Assembly: GCA_029559035.1 (NCBI GenBank)
Contig: JAKQCT010000061.1
Coordinates: 94,162-158,161 of the forward strand
Reading direction: 5' to 3'
Source of the DNA: Acidobacteriota bacterium
GTDB lineage: Bacteria; Acidobacteriota; UBA4820
DNA: 64,000 nucleotides
The notes beneath the pieces were generated by a model. The model did no database searches. It worked only from the letters and a program-made list of their open reading frames with translations, and was not told the DNA's origin. This document shows positions 62,159 through 64,000 of this stretch, piece by piece (within the stretch, counting starts at the first letter, position 1; the number at the start of each line of letters is the position of its first letter). Position numbers and translations under genes: made by a program.

Positions 62159-63490
62159 ATGAAGATGTTCAAAACTATAATGACGATGATCCTGGCGGCG
62201 GCGACCCCTTTAGCCGCACAGGAAACCGTTGCCGTGACGCTGGACGAGGCGGTCTCCACCGCCCTTAGGCAGAACAACCTGCTGAATGCCGCGCGAATGG
62301 GAGTCGACAAGGCTGTCGGGATGAAAAAGGAAGCCGACTCGTACTATTTCCCGCAGATTGACCTGAGCCTCGCCTACAGCAGGACCGACAACCCCGTCTA
62401 TGTCTTCATGGGCAAGCTGACGCAGGAGAGATTCTCGATGATGGATTTCGCCATCGACAACCTGAACACCCCCGCCCCTCTGACCAACTACCAGGGAAAG
62501 GTAAGCCTCGCGATGCCGATCTGGACGGGCGGGAAGATCAGCGCGGCCGGCAGGGCGGCAAAATTGGGGATCACTGCGGCCGAGAGCATGGCTAAGGAAG
62601 CCGAAGAGGCGACCAGGAGCGGCGTGACACGGGCCTTCTTCGGCGCCCTCCTCGCCGAAGAAGCCGTCGGCGTTTATCAAGAAGCCGCCGAGACCGCACT
62701 AGCGCACGAAAAGAGGATAACCGCGATGCACAGGGAAGGGCTGGTCCTCGACTCGGACCTCCTCAGGATGAGGGTCTATCTCTCTGAAATCCAGCAGGAG
62801 CTCGCTTCGAGGAAGGCCGACCTCGAGATAGCGAGAGAATACCTCGCCTACGCGATGGGCGTGACGGAGAAGGTAACGCCCGAGGGAGACATCGCCTCTT
62901 ACATTCCTCCCGAGAAAACCCTTGAAATGCTTTCCGAAGCGGCTCAGGCCAACCGCGGAGAACTTCTCGCCCTCGAAGCCCGGGTGAAACAGGCGGGAGA
63001 GGGAGTGAAGATCAAGAAAGCCGATTACCTGCCGCAGGTAGGCCTAGGGGCGTCCCTCGAAAGGGATTACTTCAACAGAAGCGAGTACGGAAAGAACTGG
63101 GCCGTCGGAGTGGAAGTGAGGATACCTGTCTTCGACGCGGGGAGAAGAGGCGGGGCGCTCATGCAGGCGAGGTCCGACGAACTGCAGGCAGCCTCGGCGC
63201 TCGCCGACCTCAGGATGAAGGTGCTTCTCGAAGTTAAGGAGTCTTACCTGAAGCTGAAAGCCGACGAGGAGAGGATAGCCGTCACCGCCAAGGCTCTCGA
63301 ACAGGCGAGGGAGAACCAGAGGATCGTCTCGAAGCGTTACGAAGAGGGAATGGCTCTGGTGACGGAGCTTCTCGACGCCGACATACTGGTCACATCCACA
63401 AGACTTTCAAGAGCAAAATCTTATTTTGACGCGCTGTCCGAAAAGGCCGCTCTCGCGGCCGCGGTCGGCGGCGCGCATCTGCTTCAGTAG
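62159..63490 (+). CDS. TolC-family outer-membrane efflux protein
   Basis: Signal peptide MKMFKTIMTMILAAATPLAA. Two OEP repeats with coiled-coil/beta-barrel alternation (LSLAYSRTD...; LGASLERDYF...). Confidence 0.8.
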   Translation: MKMFKTIMTMILAAATPLAAQETVAVTLDEAVSTALRQNNLLNAARMGVDKAVGMKKEADSYYFPQIDLSLAYSRTDNPVYVFMGKLTQERFSMMDFAIDNLNTPAPLTNYQGKVSLAMPIWTGGKISAAGRAAKLGITAAESMAKEAEEATRSGVTRAFFGALLAEEAVGVYQEAAETALAHEKRITAMHREGLVLDSDLLRMRVYLSEIQQELASRKADLEIAREYLAYAMGVTEKVTPEGDIASYIPPEKTLEMLSEAAQANRGELLALEARVKQAGEGVKIKKADYLPQVGLGASLERDYFNRSEYGKNWAVGVEVRIPVFDAGRRGGALMQARSDELQAASALADLRMKVLLEVKESYLKLKADEERIAVTAKALEQARENQRIVSKRYEEGMALVTELLDADILVTSTRLSRAKSYFDALSEKAALAAAVGGAHLLQ

Positions 63491-63502
63491 AAGGAGCCTG
63501 AA

Positions 63503-64000
63503 ATGAAGAAATTGATCTATCTCGCCGCCGCGCTGGCCGTTGTTTCGTTGCTGGCATGCTCTTCCGGAAAAGACGAGTCCGGCCCCAAGGAAACCGTCAA
63601 GGTCAGTCTCGGAAAAGCCGAAAAAAGGCAGTTCTCCTCCGAAGAGAACTATGTCGGGGCCATAAAGTCCAGAGACACAGTCAACATTTCGACGAAGATG
63701 ATGGGGAGGCTCCTCTCGCTCAAGGTATCCGAGGGCGACGCCGTAAAGAAGGGACAGCTCCTCGCGGAGGTGGACGCCGCGGAGGCGGAGAGCGCCTACC
63801 GCCAATCGGGCGCCGGGCTCAAGGCCGCCGAAGTGAACGCCGCCAACATGGAGCGCGACCTCGAACGGTTCAGGAGGCTCTTCGAAGAAAAGGCCGTGAC
63901 TCGCCACCAGCTCGAACAGATGGAAGCGGGAGCGGCCGCCGCGAAGGCGCAGATGGAGCAGGCTTCCGCGAGCCTCAAAATGGCGGGGACGCTCCTCTCA
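63503..64000 (+). CDS. efflux periplasmic adaptor (HlyD/MFP family) lipoprotein, 5' part (continues beyond window)
   Basis: AAGGAG RBS, then lipobox LAAALAVVSLLACSS. Biotinyl-lipoyl-like segment LKVSEGDAVKKGQLLAEVD and coiled-coil. Confidence 0.8.
   Translation, partial: MKKLIYLAAALAVVSLLACSSGKDESGPKETVKVSLGKAEKRQFSSEENYVGAIKSRDTVNISTKMMGRLLSLKVSEGDAVKKGQLLAEVDAAEAESAYRQSGAGLKAAEVNAANMERDLERFRRLFEEKAVTRHQLEQMEAGAAAAKAQMEQASASLKMAGTLLS

Noticed and set aside
1-64000. tRNA, rRNA or tmRNA genes
   Set aside because: No T-loop (GTTCGAATC-like) or acceptor-stem context, and no rRNA-like conserved blocks, were seen by eye. The GGTTCG occurrences lie inside coding sequence or RBS regions.

Overview
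This is a GC-rich (~60%) bacterial chromosomal segment with about 60 protein-coding genes and no rRNA or tRNA. Oxygen-defence and nitrosative-stress genes (rubrerythrin, hybrid-cluster protein Hcp plus an unannotated rubredoxin, a cupin) point to an anaerobic lifestyle. Housekeeping genes include deoxyhypusine synthase, glyQ-glyS-recO, ftsK, lon-hsp20-nrdR, an O-antigen ligase with two GT4 glycosyltransferases, a class D beta-lactamase, a relBE toxin-antitoxin pair and a BLUF photoreceptor. Five things stand out. (1) An in-frame TGA sits exactly at the CxxC position of a periplasmic thioredoxin-fold/TPR protein, which makes it a probable selenocysteine UxxC selenoprotein that ordinary ORF calling splits in two. 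It lies inside a pilD / sensor kinase / GGDEF-PilZ / comEC cluster. (2) A modular, AT-rich intergenic repeat family that I do not recognise occurs at 8 loci (about 15 units), all co-oriented. Each unit has (GCTGAAG)n heptamers, a conserved core, (TTTTCAA)n, and a 3' hairpin with compensatory base changes. The same heptamer tract also lies in-frame inside a giant surface-protein gene. (3) Two giant beta-propeller surface proteins, a roughly 16-blade Kelch protein (1520 aa) and a 14-repeat FG-GAP protein (1361 aa), share a C-terminal Cys-bracketed FN3-like module. (4) A receiver domain is fused to an L-asparaginase whose N-domain motif order is reversed. (5) The small rubredoxin gene is missing from the ORF track. 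Large antisense or alternate-frame ORFs in the track are GC-frame artefacts.
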